Below the pieces are notes generated by a model. The model saw only the letters and a program-made list of their open reading frames with translations, was not told the DNA's origin and made no database searches. From Minisyncoccota bacterium (GTDB lineage: Bacteria > Patescibacteriota > Minisyncoccia > Phycocordibacterales > PALSA-1337), in contig JAGOQK010000001.1 in assembly GCA_017991475.1 (NCBI GenBank), forward strand, positions 105,689-169,688: 64,000 nucleotides of DNA, given 5' to 3'. Below are positions 1 through 10,047 of this stretch, in pieces. Within the stretch, counting starts at the first letter, position 1. Each line of letters opens with the position of its first letter. The position numbers were made by a program, and so were the translations under genes.

Positions 1-105
1 AAATCTGTAAGGTATAGAAAAGGTGCGGGTAGACATTATAATGCCAAAAATTCGAGGAACGAGACCTGATTCATGCGACCACCATACAAGACACGACTGA
101 ACAGA

Positions 106-261
106 CTAGGAACGCTTCTTGTCGTTCGTGTCAGCTGGCGTATCCTTGAATGCTCCGCGAAGATGCTTGATTGCATCGACAATATTCCTCGACAATTCTG
201 GGATCTTCTTCGATCCGAACAATATCAAAAGTATCACCGCAATGATGATGATCTCCTTCAT
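106..261 (-). CDS. tatA: Twin-arginine translocase subunit TatA (51 aa; below the ORF-track size cutoff)
   Basis: Manual translation of the minus strand gives MKEIIIIAVILLILFGSKKIPELSRNIVDAIKHLRGAFKDTPADTNDKKRS. The N-terminal TM helix followed by FGxKKxPEL and an amphipathic helix is the TatA/E signature. It lies immediately downstream of tatC. Confidence 0.6.
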   Translation of the reverse strand: MKEIIIIAVILLILFGSKKIPELSRNIVDAIKHLRGAFKDTPADTNDKKRS

Positions 262-288
262 GCCTATATTTCCAAACATAGTATTGAA

Positions 289-1041
289 TTAAAAATTACT
301 AATAATTTCCTGCTTCCTAAATCTTGAATTTACAATAATTGTAACTTCGTAAAGAAGGATAAGCGGCAACGCCATTGCCATTAATGATAACCCGTCAGTA
401 GGTGGAAGTAAAGAAGTAAAAATGAAGATTATCAACACCGCCAGGCGCCTCTTCTTTTTCAAGAAACCAACATCAAAAAGGCCTACTCTGACGACAAGCG
501 AGACTACAATAGGAAACTGAAAAAGTACCCCAAGTAGCGTAGATGTGAGGATAATCTGAGATAGAAACATGCCAATATCCCATATATTCTGGACGCCAAT
601 GTGGACATTGATTTGAGCCAGTAATATCAATGCGTAGTACATGATCGCAAAACCATAGGCAAATCCAGCAAAGAATAATGCGAGAGCGATGGGGACCAGT
701 GAGAAAAAGACTCCCTTTTCCCTCCTTGTAAGTGCGGGTTTCAGGAATACGAACATGTGATATGCAAAAACGGGACAACTAACCAGAAAAGCAGTAAATA
801 GACCAATATTAATCGAGAGGTCTGCGAACTGAAAAGGTGAGGTGGTGGCAATAACTACATCCTGAATATCGAAGAATGAAAGTATGTACTTGAGTATCCT
901 ACTCGTCAAAAGAAAACCCGCGATAAAAAGCAGTGCAAATAGAATCGCAAGCTTATAGAGCCTCCCCCGTATATCCTCTAAATACGGGGTAAATTTTGAG
1001 ATGAAATCCCTTATCTTTTCCACGGTACTAGAATAGTACAC
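289..1041 (-). CDS. tatC: Twin-arginine translocase subunit TatC
   Basis: 250 aa, six predicted TM segments, and a TatC-like N-terminus (LEDIRGRLYK...). Size and hydropathy fit the TatC family. Confidence 0.75.
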   Translation of the reverse strand: MYYSSTVEKIRDFISKFTPYLEDIRGRLYKLAILFALLFIAGFLLTSRILKYILSFFDIQDVVIATTSPFQFADLSINIGLFTAFLVSCPVFAYHMFVFLKPALTRREKGVFFSLVPIALALFFAGFAYGFAIMYYALILLAQINVHIGVQNIWDIGMFLSQIILTSTLLGVLFQFPIVVSLVVRVGLFDVGFLKKKRRLAVLIIFIFTSLLPPTDGLSLMAMALPLILLYEVTIIVNSRFRKQEIISNF

Positions 1042-1229
1042 TACTATTCAGACATAATGAAGATATTGCTTCCTCCACCGGTAACTGCAGGTATTTCTGA
1101 ACAAAGAAAAGCGCCATTACTGCCGAGAAGAACATCATTGGGAATAAATGCTGGATTTCCTGCAGGAATTTCAACTAAGAAATCCTGGCCATCCCCTGTT
1201 TGTGCAAGAATATCAGTTATTGCCATATG

Positions 1230-2063
1230 TTATAAACCCAACTTCTTAGAAATCTTATTCTTCACCAATTTTTTCGCGAACGCCACGACTTCTTCAGTGG
1301 TCGTGCTCGTATTCGTCGGCGTTTCCAAGATAGGCGGCACCACTATGGCCGGACTCTCCTCGATTACAGTTGTATCCGAAGATGTCGCATTTGTGTCAGA
1401 AGGTGCTGGGGGTACGATAATTTCTGGGGTTGTCGTTGAAACATTCTGATCTGGAATCAGAATTTCGGGGGGAGTTGTAGTTGCGACTGGCGCAACACCC
1501 GGAAGTACACTACCCGGGGTCGTCGTGGATGTTTCAGTAGGTGGATAATTGAAAGTTGGAGTCGTTGTTGCTGTCGTCGACGGTGTAGTAGTTGACTGAG
1601 TTGTAGGTGTGGTTGTCGAGGTGACCACTGGAGGCGTTGTGGTGGATGTGTTGGTATTTGGGGCTGGATTGACCACTGCTGGGGTTGTGGTCGCGGTTTC
1701 GGTATTCGTCGGCGTTTCTGCTTCTTCCTCGACTGCAGCTGCCTCTTCTGTAGGCACGACGCCTTCAGCCTGCGGCACGATATTTTCAATTACTTTATCG
1801 ACTGCAACTTGCTGACTATCCTTACCATAGAGACTCTTGGGATCAAGTTTGATTATCTCTGCGAGTAACTCGTCTGGATCTGAGATCGAGTACACCATGC
1901 CCCCATAGGCAACAAATCGTGCCTCATAGCGAACTGCTGGTTCGTCAGGAAATGCCTTTGGTGCACAAATGATAGAATCACCGTCATTGTAGTAACCTGT
2001 CTGATCATAAACGACCAGTGTCGGATTATCTGTAAGTGCTTGTCCTTTTTTTAGATAAATCAT
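1230..2063 (-). CDS. Hypothetical protein with a globular N-terminal domain and a long Thr/Pro-rich low-complexity region (STTTP repeats)
   Basis: 277-aa ORF. Residues 1-100 look like ordinary protein; residues 110-250 are dominated by T/P/S with reiterated TTTP units; the C-terminus is a basic amphipathic tail (KKLVKNKISKKLGL). Confidence 0.55.
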   Translation of the reverse strand: MIYLKKGQALTDNPTLVVYDQTGYYNDGDSIICAPKAFPDEPAVRYEARFVAYGGMVYSISDPDELLAEIIKLDPKSLYGKDSQQVAVDKVIENIVPQAEGVVPTEEAAAVEEEAETPTNTETATTTPAVVNPAPNTNTSTTTPPVVTSTTTPTTQSTTTPSTTATTTPTFNYPPTETSTTTPGSVLPGVAPVATTTPPEILIPDQNVSTTTPEIIVPPAPSDTNATSSDTTVIEESPAIVVPPILETPTNTSTTTEEVVAFAKKLVKNKISKKLGL

Positions 2064-2092
2064 ATAGTTTTGTATTGAATAATTATATCATA

Positions 2093-4936
2093 TTACTGCG
2101 TCAACACTGCCCTGACTTTTAAATTATCCCCAAGAGATGCTGGAGTGTACCTAATGTAGGTTGTTTCATTTCCCTTGTCTGTCGTATTGTAAGCACCCCA
2201 AGATGTACCATCAGTAGATTTCTGCCATGTACCACTATTCGTACTAGTCGTGTAATCATCGAGCAGAAGATCTTCTGTGACTGCATTATAAAGTCTGATT
2301 CGTAACGTAGGAACTGTTCCACCGAAGGTAGTCGCAAATCTCCAAACAAACTGCTTGGCTGCAGCATTTGATTTTACGACTGATGGTTGATAGTGAGAAT
2401 CCGTTTTATTTACCGCATCATCATAGACGACGACTATACCCATAATACGAGCAGGTACACACGACCACCCTATCGTATCAAACTCAAACATAAACTGTAT
2501 TCGAGGTGAACTGGCAAGACTTGAAAGGTCGCCGTCACGTGGAACAAGTGACCATTCTCCAGTATCTGTCAAAATACCTTTTGTTCTGAAATATATCTGG
2601 TACGGTTCTGTATTCACAAGAATTTCTCCCGTGCCCAACTGATCAGTATGAAAAATATTCACACTACTAAATTGTGCACAATCTGTCGTATAAAGAGCGG
2701 GTGTTATAACTCGCTGATTTGTGGTTGCTGCATACGTGGAGTGTGCTGAAAATGGCAGTGCATACATCTGTGATAATGCCGCAGTCACACCATGCTTCAC
2801 AATATGAACAATACCATTCTGACTCCAGATAGATGCCAGCTGAGATGACGTACTGAAATGTGGTTCTGTGCCACTATTCCAATCGATTACATAGGCTGAG
2901 CCGGCACTAATAGTTCCCGCTGTCGAACTCAACGTGATTGAAGTTATAGAAGTAAAAGCAGAAATCGTGAACCATGAAACTATAGCTGTAGGATCAGTAG
3001 AACCAAAACCGATACGAAAGCCAACCATAGCAGCTGTAAAAAATGTATTAGTACCAGTAACTGCCGTACCAGAAACCGCAACAGTACCTGAGGAAATATA
3101 TGCATTACCGAGCGCAAGAATTTGATCTTGTTGTTTGTCGTCAACGCCCCAGATATGATCAAAGGGAGAACCACTCAGATCAGGATACTGGGTAACATAA
3201 TGTCTGAGACCTGTGGCTCCTGTGGTGAGCACAATGAGTCTATCCATTCCGTCTGCAATTTCCACAGAGCTGAGTGCTGATGATGCTGGAGTAGAACTGA
3301 CACCACCTGTCGGAATTTCAGCCAAATTCTCTGATATCCATCCATTATTCCCCGCATATATTCTGAATATTGAAGCACGATAGATACGAGTATGGGTGAC
3401 GAAATAGATAGAAATTATACCAGCACCTGGACCATGATTAAGTGTTCCAATTCTTCCGTTATTGACACCAGAAACTGTTCCGTTCACAAGCTGTGGACCC
3501 GTACAGATGACATCAGCCGAATCAACTATGAAATTTGCTCCTGCACCTATCGTTCCAGCCGATGATGAAAGTGTTATTGAAGTTGTTGATGAAAAAGCAG
3601 AAATTGTGTACCACGTAGTGACATTCGCAGGACTTGTCGTTCCAAAACCAATTTTCATTCCAACCATTGCAGCGGTGAATGTCGTTCCACTTCCTGTGAC
3701 AGCTGTTCCCGTCACCTCGACAGTTCCGGTGGTATAGTACTCAATTGACATGAGCATCTTACCAGAAGTAAGAACACCTGTTGCTCGCAGATTATAACGG
3801 TATACTTTCAAATAAGTTGATCCAAAACCATCTATTACATACGCGTAATGAAGACCCTTATTAATTTCAGGCTCTATTGTCAATCCACAAGGGGTGATAT
3901 TGGTAACCACATTTGCTGTGGTACCAGCATCTGAAAGCCAATAGACTGCCTTGATGTTATCCGTGGTTGTTGCAAATGCGACAGTAGTCGTACCATTTGT
4001 AGTAAAATCAGAATAATTTACACCCTTAACCAAGTGTAATCCACCATTTGCGGCGGTGGTAGCATTTGTTGTAGTGATAGCAAATCTCAATTCTTCAATT
4101 ACATACGAACTCCCTGCACTGACTGTTCCTGCTGTCGAGGCAAGCGTGATACCCGTCTCACTATCAATACTAGATATCACATACCACGATACGATGGCAG
4201 TAGGATCAGTAGAACCAAAACCGATACGCGCTCCGACCGCCAACCCTTCCGTTTGCCACAATGTATCAGTACCTGTAACAGCAGTTGCTGCTACTTCGAC
4301 AGTTCCTGTGGTGTGTAGATATCGAAGTGCTCTGAAACCACGAATTGTGTGCGCTGTTGCGGAATTGAGTGTGGCAGCAATAAAGCCTTTCCATGTATAT
4401 ACAGAAGTGGTTTTATTGTACTCATACATACTAATTTCTCTTGCAGCAACTGAAGCAATTGAATTTTCAATAAGAAATACCCAGTCTATCGTTGAACTGT
4501 AGGTCATGGCGTGCGGATACATCATGGGCGTGTTGTATACGACCACATAGGCAGTACCAGCCGTGACAGGAGTAGCACCTACCGAAGGTGATATAGTCAT
4601 CCCTGTTGTAGATGCGCGTGCTGTTATTGAATACCACGTAGTGATCTTCGCTGGATCATTTGAACCGAAACCGATAGACATACCTATCATGCTCGTCAGA
4701 AAATTTGTACCAGAACCAGTGACAGCAGTAGTAGTTACCTGTACTGTTCCTACAGTATCAACTACTTCCTGCATAGGAAGAGTAATTCCTACCGGCAGTG
4801 GGCCAACGAATTTGTCTTCAGGGTTTGAACCCGTATTCTGAATCATCAATGTACCCAAACACGTTTTTGTGTAGTCATAAGAAGCGATTGGTGTCGTCTC
4901 TCCGGTGAATGTATGTTTGACTGCGCGTAGTGCCAT
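2093..4936 (-). CDS. Giant repeat protein, paralog 3 of a tandem triplet (947 aa), function unknown
   Basis: The N-terminus (MALRAVKHTFTGETTPIASYD...GTLMIQNTG) and C-terminus (YIRYTPASLGDNLKVRAVLTQ) are conserved with the two upstream paralogs. Four internal ~75-aa repeats carry the motif GTVxVxGTAVTGxGTxF...IGFGSTDPTxIVSWY...ITLSSxAGT. No signal peptide. The stop/start spacing to the next gene is 1 nt. Confidence 0.8.
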   Translation of the reverse strand: MALRAVKHTFTGETTPIASYDYTKTCLGTLMIQNTGSNPEDKFVGPLPVGITLPMQEVVDTVGTVQVTTTAVTGSGTNFLTSMIGMSIGFGSNDPAKITTWYSITARASTTGMTISPSVGATPVTAGTAYVVVYNTPMMYPHAMTYSSTIDWVFLIENSIASVAAREISMYEYNKTTSVYTWKGFIAATLNSATAHTIRGFRALRYLHTTGTVEVAATAVTGTDTLWQTEGLAVGARIGFGSTDPTAIVSWYVISSIDSETGITLASTAGTVSAGSSYVIEELRFAITTTNATTAANGGLHLVKGVNYSDFTTNGTTTVAFATTTDNIKAVYWLSDAGTTANVVTNITPCGLTIEPEINKGLHYAYVIDGFGSTYLKVYRYNLRATGVLTSGKMLMSIEYYTTGTVEVTGTAVTGSGTTFTAAMVGMKIGFGTTSPANVTTWYTISAFSSTTSITLSSSAGTIGAGANFIVDSADVICTGPQLVNGTVSGVNNGRIGTLNHGPGAGIISIYFVTHTRIYRASIFRIYAGNNGWISENLAEIPTGGVSSTPASSALSSVEIADGMDRLIVLTTGATGLRHYVTQYPDLSGSPFDHIWGVDDKQQDQILALGNAYISSGTVAVSGTAVTGTNTFFTAAMVGFRIGFGSTDPTAIVSWFTISAFTSITSITLSSTAGTISAGSAYVIDWNSGTEPHFSTSSQLASIWSQNGIVHIVKHGVTAALSQMYALPFSAHSTYAATTNQRVITPALYTTDCAQFSSVNIFHTDQLGTGEILVNTEPYQIYFRTKGILTDTGEWSLVPRDGDLSSLASSPRIQFMFEFDTIGWSCVPARIMGIVVVYDDAVNKTDSHYQPSVVKSNAAAKQFVWRFATTFGGTVPTLRIRLYNAVTEDLLLDDYTTSTNSGTWQKSTDGTSWGAYNTTDKGNETTYIRYTPASLGDNLKVRAVLTQ

Positions 4937-4937
4937 A

Positions 4938-7373
4938 TTAATTTTGTGTTAAATGTGCCCTCACTGATATACCATCCGTAAGTGCCGAGGGGGTATATCG
5001 TATGTAGGTAATATCGTTGGTCTTATCGGTACTATTATACGCTGTCCAGCTAGCCCCGTCGTCTATTGATTTGTGCCATGTTCCATTGGCTGAAGCTGCA
5101 GTAGTATCAGTAAACAAAGACGCATCCGTCTCAGCATTAAATAATTCAATCTTCAAATTTGGAACTGTGCCACCAAACCCATGACAAAATCTCCATGCAA
5201 ATCTTTCATTTGTTGCATCGGAATGTACTGTCGAAAGCTGATAATGTGAGTCAGTCGATCCATCTTCATACGTCACAGCTATACGCATCACTCGTGCTGG
5301 TAGACATAATCTGCCGATAGTATAAAACTCAAGCATGAATTGAATTGCATTTGCTGGTGACACAGAACTGAGATCTCCATTCCCTTCAACGAGCACCCAG
5401 GAGCTGGTAGCATCTGACGCAATATCAGCAGTACGGTAGTACACCCGAAACGATTCTGGCGACAATCTGAGCTCACCTGATCCAAGATACCTATCTTCAG
5501 TCACAATCACTTGATCAAATTTTACACAACCTGCTGTTGCGAGCGATGGAGTGATGACACGCTGGTGATTTGCGGGTGATACTGAATATGCATAAGTGGC
5601 ATGTGCACCAAACGGTAATGAGTACATTTGGTTCAATTGGGCTGTTGCCCCATTCCTGGTAATATGAACGATACCATTACTCACATCCGCAGATAATAAC
5701 TGTGAACCTGTATTAAAATGAACCACACCTTGTGAGCTTAGAAGAGACTGATCTTGCTGTTTATCGTCAACACCAAATACATGATCGAAGGGGGTTGTAT
5801 CAGTGGCAGGATACCGCGTCACATACTGACGATACGCAGCGTTTGCAGCATACGTAGTAATCAACAATTTATCGATAGTCGGCATATACTGTACGTTTAC
5901 CATGTTTCCTGTCGCAGGGAATGTCGAGATTCCACCCGGAGGAATCTCCTGCCTGATATTTGCAGCTGTGATGAATGTCGTATTACCAGCTGTAATGAGA
6001 GAAACATCAACACAATAGAGTCGTGTGAGCGTTACAAAATATAAATAGGATGAGCCTGAACCTGGACCATGCGCAAGTGTTTCAACTGTGCCATTATTCG
6101 CTGAAAGGTTGGGTATTGTTCCTGTTACAGCTTGTGTTCCTGTACTGACAATATTTGCACCAGCGAGTGTCATCTTCCCTGCCGCAACAGCATCATTCGC
6201 CCTGAGATTATACTTGAATATGCGTGCATTTGTTGTGTTCGTACCGTTCAGAATATAAGCAAAATGACTTGTCTTACTTGTTTCAGCTTCCAAAGCCAAA
6301 CCGCTTGCTGCTGTGTTCGTAACTGTGGCCGCATCTGCAAGCCAGTACACACCTCTCTGATTATCGATATTACTCGCAATCGAGGGAAATGTGTTTCCAG
6401 CCGTCGTGAAGTCAAGGTGACTTGCTCCTTTAAGGAGAAATAGTCCACCGTTTGTTGATGTTGTGTTTGTAAGTGATATAGCAAACCTCAACTCCTCAAT
6501 CACATATGGGGTACCTGCAGGGACAACTCCAGGTGAGGTAGTGATGTTGAGGGATGTATCACTGGCAATAGCTCCGATCTGGTACCACTGAGTGATTTGG
6601 GTTGGATCCGTTGATCCAAAACCAATACGGGGACCGAGACCTCCAGCAACAGATGTTGAAGCAGTTCCTGCAGCTATACGATCAGCAACAAATGTTGTAC
6701 TTGTTCCCGTCACTGTACACGATGCGATGACGTAGTTTGCAGATGCGGCAATGGCGCTCGACGCACCAGAAACTGTAATTGAAAGTGTTGAGGTAAATGT
6801 GATGATCGGGTACCAACAATTGATCTGGGCTACGTTCGTACTCCCAAAACCAATCATTTTACCAACCATTGCTACAGTAAATGTGGTACCAACTCCAGTT
6901 ACAACACCCGTAACTGCGAGAGCAACAGAAGTTCCTGCTGCATAATAGCTTACTGGTGCTGCTACTGCGACGGTACCTGTTGTGTGGAGATAGCGGAGCG
7001 CACGAAAGCCTCTATTTATATTTGTAGCAAAAGGTGTCGTGGCAGTAATAAAACCATTACGAGTATAGACAGAATTAACCTTGTCATATTCATACAGAAA
7101 TATTCTTTTTGCGGCAGTGATAGAGTTTTCGAGCATGAATACCCAATCAACCGTAGAACTATAGGGGACTACGTGTGGAAACATCATAGCCACAGCTGTT
7201 GATTCTTCCATCGGTCTCGCTATCGCGACAGGAAGCGGTCCGACGAAATTCTCTTGTGGAGTCAAACCAGTTTTTTGCACCATCAAAGTACCCAAGCTTG
7301 TCTTGGTCGAATCGTATGAAGCGATCGGTGTAGTAGCTCCTGTGAAAATATGTTCGTTAACTCGTAGTGACAT
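4938..7373 (-). CDS. Giant repeat protein, paralog 2 (811 aa), function unknown
   Basis: Shares the N-terminal module (MSLRVNEHIFTGATTPIASYD), the central blocks (GFRALRYLHTTGTV; DDKQQDQ; LAHGPGSG; IQFMLEFYTIG) and the C-terminal module (YIRYTPSALTDGISVRAHLTQN) with the flanking paralogs. Confidence 0.8.
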   Translation of the reverse strand: MSLRVNEHIFTGATTPIASYDSTKTSLGTLMVQKTGLTPQENFVGPLPVAIARPMEESTAVAMMFPHVVPYSSTVDWVFMLENSITAAKRIFLYEYDKVNSVYTRNGFITATTPFATNINRGFRALRYLHTTGTVAVAAPVSYYAAGTSVALAVTGVVTGVGTTFTVAMVGKMIGFGSTNVAQINCWYPIITFTSTLSITVSGASSAIAASANYVIASCTVTGTSTTFVADRIAAGTASTSVAGGLGPRIGFGSTDPTQITQWYQIGAIASDTSLNITTSPGVVPAGTPYVIEELRFAISLTNTTSTNGGLFLLKGASHLDFTTAGNTFPSIASNIDNQRGVYWLADAATVTNTAASGLALEAETSKTSHFAYILNGTNTTNARIFKYNLRANDAVAAGKMTLAGANIVSTGTQAVTGTIPNLSANNGTVETLAHGPGSGSSYLYFVTLTRLYCVDVSLITAGNTTFITAANIRQEIPPGGISTFPATGNMVNVQYMPTIDKLLITTYAANAAYRQYVTRYPATDTTPFDHVFGVDDKQQDQSLLSSQGVVHFNTGSQLLSADVSNGIVHITRNGATAQLNQMYSLPFGAHATYAYSVSPANHQRVITPSLATAGCVKFDQVIVTEDRYLGSGELRLSPESFRVYYRTADIASDATSSWVLVEGNGDLSSVSPANAIQFMLEFYTIGRLCLPARVMRIAVTYEDGSTDSHYQLSTVHSDATNERFAWRFCHGFGGTVPNLKIELFNAETDASLFTDTTAASANGTWHKSIDDGASWTAYNSTDKTNDITYIRYTPSALTDGISVRAHLTQN

Positions 7374-7374
7374 A

Positions 7375-10026
7375 CTAGTAAAGTGTCAGCAATGATCTGA
7401 CTTTTATATTGTCAGGCAAGGTTGCGGGAGTATATCGAATGTATGTTGTTTCGTTTCCCTTATCTGTCGTATTGTATGCGACCCATGTCGTGCCATCAGT
7501 TGTTTTTTCCCAGGTACCCGCAGGAGTAGAGGAAATATCATCTACAAGTAATCCACCTGTCACCGCATCGAGAAGTCTTATTCTGAGTGTCGGTACAGCA
7601 GAACCAAATGCTGTAGAAAAACGCCAAGCAAATTGTTTGCTTGCAAGTACCGTCTTCCCTGCAGAGGGTTGATAGTGTGGATCAGTTGTATAATCATCAT
7701 ACAATACCGCGAGTGACATGATACGACCCGGAATCCCAAGAAGACTGATGGTGACAAACTCAAACATAAACTGAATATTAGAAGCTGGTGACAAACCAGT
7801 AAGATCACCGTCTGCAGCAAGCAGTGTCCATTCTCCACTATTATCTGTAATGCCGTTTGTTCGGTAATACGTAAGGATAGAAGCAGTCGGTACTCGAAAT
7901 TCTTCACTACCAAGGTGGTCAACTGTTGATAGTAGAACTCTCGTATACGCGGCACAATCGGGTGTTGAGAGAGTTGGAGAGATTATTCTTTGGTTTGTTT
8001 CTGACGCATGAACCCAATGTGCCGACAACGGTAGTGCATACAATTGACATAATGCTGCAGTTGTACCGTGTTTAATGATATGCGCAACACCATTTTCACT
8101 CCATACTGAAGTAATCTGTGATGCGGTGTTGAAGTGAATAGCTGTGTTTGGATCAGCTAGAGATTGATCCTGCTGCTTATCGTCAAGACCAAAGAATCGA
8201 CTAAACTGGTCACCGGCTGCATCAGGATACTTTGTGACGTAGTGCTTGAATGCCGTCGCACCTGTGGTAAGCACAATCAAACGATCGATAGCATCTGCAA
8301 TCTCAATCATATTGAGAGCTCCTGTCGCTGGGAAGGTACTCGCGGATCCTGGGGGGATCTCTGGGCGATTGTCGGATATCCAACCAAGATTTCCTGAATA
8401 TATATTTGATAATGCCGCTCGGTAAATACGGCTTGCTGTCACAAAATAAAGCGACAGCTCCCCAGCACCTGGACCATGATTGAGTGTACCGACACGGCCA
8501 TTGTTGGCACCAATCACAGTACCTGTGACGAGCTGATTTCCTGTACAAATGACGTCTGCACTATCGATAATGTACGATGAGCCGCCTGCAATGGTACCAG
8601 CCGATGAAGAAAGCGTGATTGATGTTGTCGAGCTAAATGACTCTATCGTGTACCAAGTGGTAACAGTAGCGGGACTAGTCGTACCAAAACCAATTTTCAT
8701 TCCTACCATCGTTGCTGTAAACGTAGTACCAGAACCCGTCACTGCTGTTCCTGAAACTCCTACTGTACCTGTCGTATAGTATGCAATTGACATCAGCATC
8801 TTACCAGAAGTGATCGTACCAGTCGCACGAAGATTGTACCTATACACTTTCATGAATGTTGCACCCACCCCGTCGGGTACATATGCATAATGAAGGCCTT
8901 TATTGATTTCTGGTAGCAGAGTAAGTCCACAGGCAGCTGTATTTGTAGCTACATTGGCAGTCGTTCCCGCATCACACAACCAATATACCCCTCGCTGATT
9001 GTCAATTGCACTTGCAATAGCGGGAAATGTTGTTCCAGCAGTTCTAAAATCATAAAAGCCCGCGCCTTTGAGTAAGAAAAGTCCGCTATTAGTAGTTGTC
9101 GTTGCTTGTGATATGGTGAACGCAAACCTTAGTTCCTCTATCACATAGGGCGTACCAGCAGGAACGACTCCTGGTGACGTGTTGAGGTTGAGTGATGTAT
9201 CACTCGCTATAGCTCCAATGTGATACCAGCTTGTGATCTGGGTCGGATCAGTAGAACCAAAACCGATACGGGGACCAAGACCTCCTACTGCTGCAGTAAC
9301 TGTCGTACCCGCGGCTATACCTTCTTCTACAAATTTTGTTCCTGTGCCCGTTACTACACACGAGGCAATAACATAGTTTGCAGATGCAGCGATGACACTC
9401 GATGCTCCAGAAACTGTGATTGAAAGTGTTGAGGTGAATGTAATGATCGGGTACCAGCAGTTGATTTGAGCTACGTTTGTACTACCGAAGCCAATCATTT
9501 TACCTACCATAGCAGAAGTGAATGTGGTACCTACACCAGTCACTATACCACTCACTGCAAGAGCCACAGAAGTTCCTGCGGAATAATAGCTCACTGGTGC
9601 TGCAACAGCGACTGTGCCAGTGGTATGAAGATACCGGAGAGCACGAAATCCTCTTGTTGTGTTCGCATTTGCGGCACTCGGCAACGTTGCAGTAATAAAA
9701 CCCTTCCAATTGTATGTTGATTTTGTCTTATCATACTCATACAAGAAAATTTCACGGGCTGCCGTTGCTGTCGCAAGGTTACGAGTCACAAAAACCCAGT
9801 CTATCGTAGAGCTATAAGTTAGGACGTGAGGATACATCATACCAAGCGCAGTAGTTTCCTCAGCTGGTCGTGCAATACCTACAGGGAGTGGTCCAGCCCA
9901 ATTATCCTCAGGATAGGTTCCTGATTTTTGGACCATCAACGTACCTAAATTTGTCTTAGTAGGATCATAAGACGCTATAGGTGTTGTGGGTCCGTTGAAT
10001 ATATGTTCGACTGCGCGTAGTGCCAT
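7375..10026 (-). CDS. Giant repeat protein, paralog 1 (883 aa), function unknown
   Basis: Same conserved N-terminal, central and C-terminal modules as its paralogs, and the same IGFGSTDPT..W[YF] repeat units. Its first ~330 aa are nearly identical to paralog 2. Confidence 0.8.
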   Translation of the reverse strand: MALRAVEHIFNGPTTPIASYDPTKTNLGTLMVQKSGTYPEDNWAGPLPVGIARPAEETTALGMMYPHVLTYSSTIDWVFVTRNLATATAAREIFLYEYDKTKSTYNWKGFITATLPSAANANTTRGFRALRYLHTTGTVAVAAPVSYYSAGTSVALAVSGIVTGVGTTFTSAMVGKMIGFGSTNVAQINCWYPIITFTSTLSITVSGASSVIAASANYVIASCVVTGTGTKFVEEGIAAGTTVTAAVGGLGPRIGFGSTDPTQITSWYHIGAIASDTSLNLNTSPGVVPAGTPYVIEELRFAFTISQATTTTNSGLFLLKGAGFYDFRTAGTTFPAIASAIDNQRGVYWLCDAGTTANVATNTAACGLTLLPEINKGLHYAYVPDGVGATFMKVYRYNLRATGTITSGKMLMSIAYYTTGTVGVSGTAVTGSGTTFTATMVGMKIGFGTTSPATVTTWYTIESFSSTTSITLSSSAGTIAGGSSYIIDSADVICTGNQLVTGTVIGANNGRVGTLNHGPGAGELSLYFVTASRIYRAALSNIYSGNLGWISDNRPEIPPGSASTFPATGALNMIEIADAIDRLIVLTTGATAFKHYVTKYPDAAGDQFSRFFGLDDKQQDQSLADPNTAIHFNTASQITSVWSENGVAHIIKHGTTAALCQLYALPLSAHWVHASETNQRIISPTLSTPDCAAYTRVLLSTVDHLGSEEFRVPTASILTYYRTNGITDNSGEWTLLAADGDLTGLSPASNIQFMFEFVTISLLGIPGRIMSLAVLYDDYTTDPHYQPSAGKTVLASKQFAWRFSTAFGSAVPTLRIRLLDAVTGGLLVDDISSTPAGTWEKTTDGTTWVAYNTTDKGNETTYIRYTPATLPDNIKVRSLLTLY

Positions 10027-10047
10027 ATGATTGAATAAAAATACAAA

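Noticed and set aside
73-327. Plus-strand 84-aa ORF
   Set aside because: It overlaps, in antisense, a much better minus-strand gene encoding a textbook TatA (106-261). The plus-strand frame has no motif and poor start context.
1044-1226. 60-aa minus-strand ORF between the TTTP protein and tatC (and overlapping the plus-strand ORF 1057-1449)
   Set aside because: There is no recognisable motif or TM segment, and the composition is Gly/Ala/Ile-rich. It could be a real small protein of the operon, but the evidence is insufficient. The plus-strand 130-aa ORF is antisense to the TTTP gene tail and is rejected.
2934-6945. Multiple plus-strand ORFs (2934-3125, 3462-3737, 4056-4502, 4563-4841, 6751-6945, 8549-8779) with recurring VEPKPI...PTIAAVNVVP peptides
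   Set aside because: They are antisense images of the ~75-aa repeats inside the giant paralog genes. The apparent conservation merely mirrors the sense-strand repeats.
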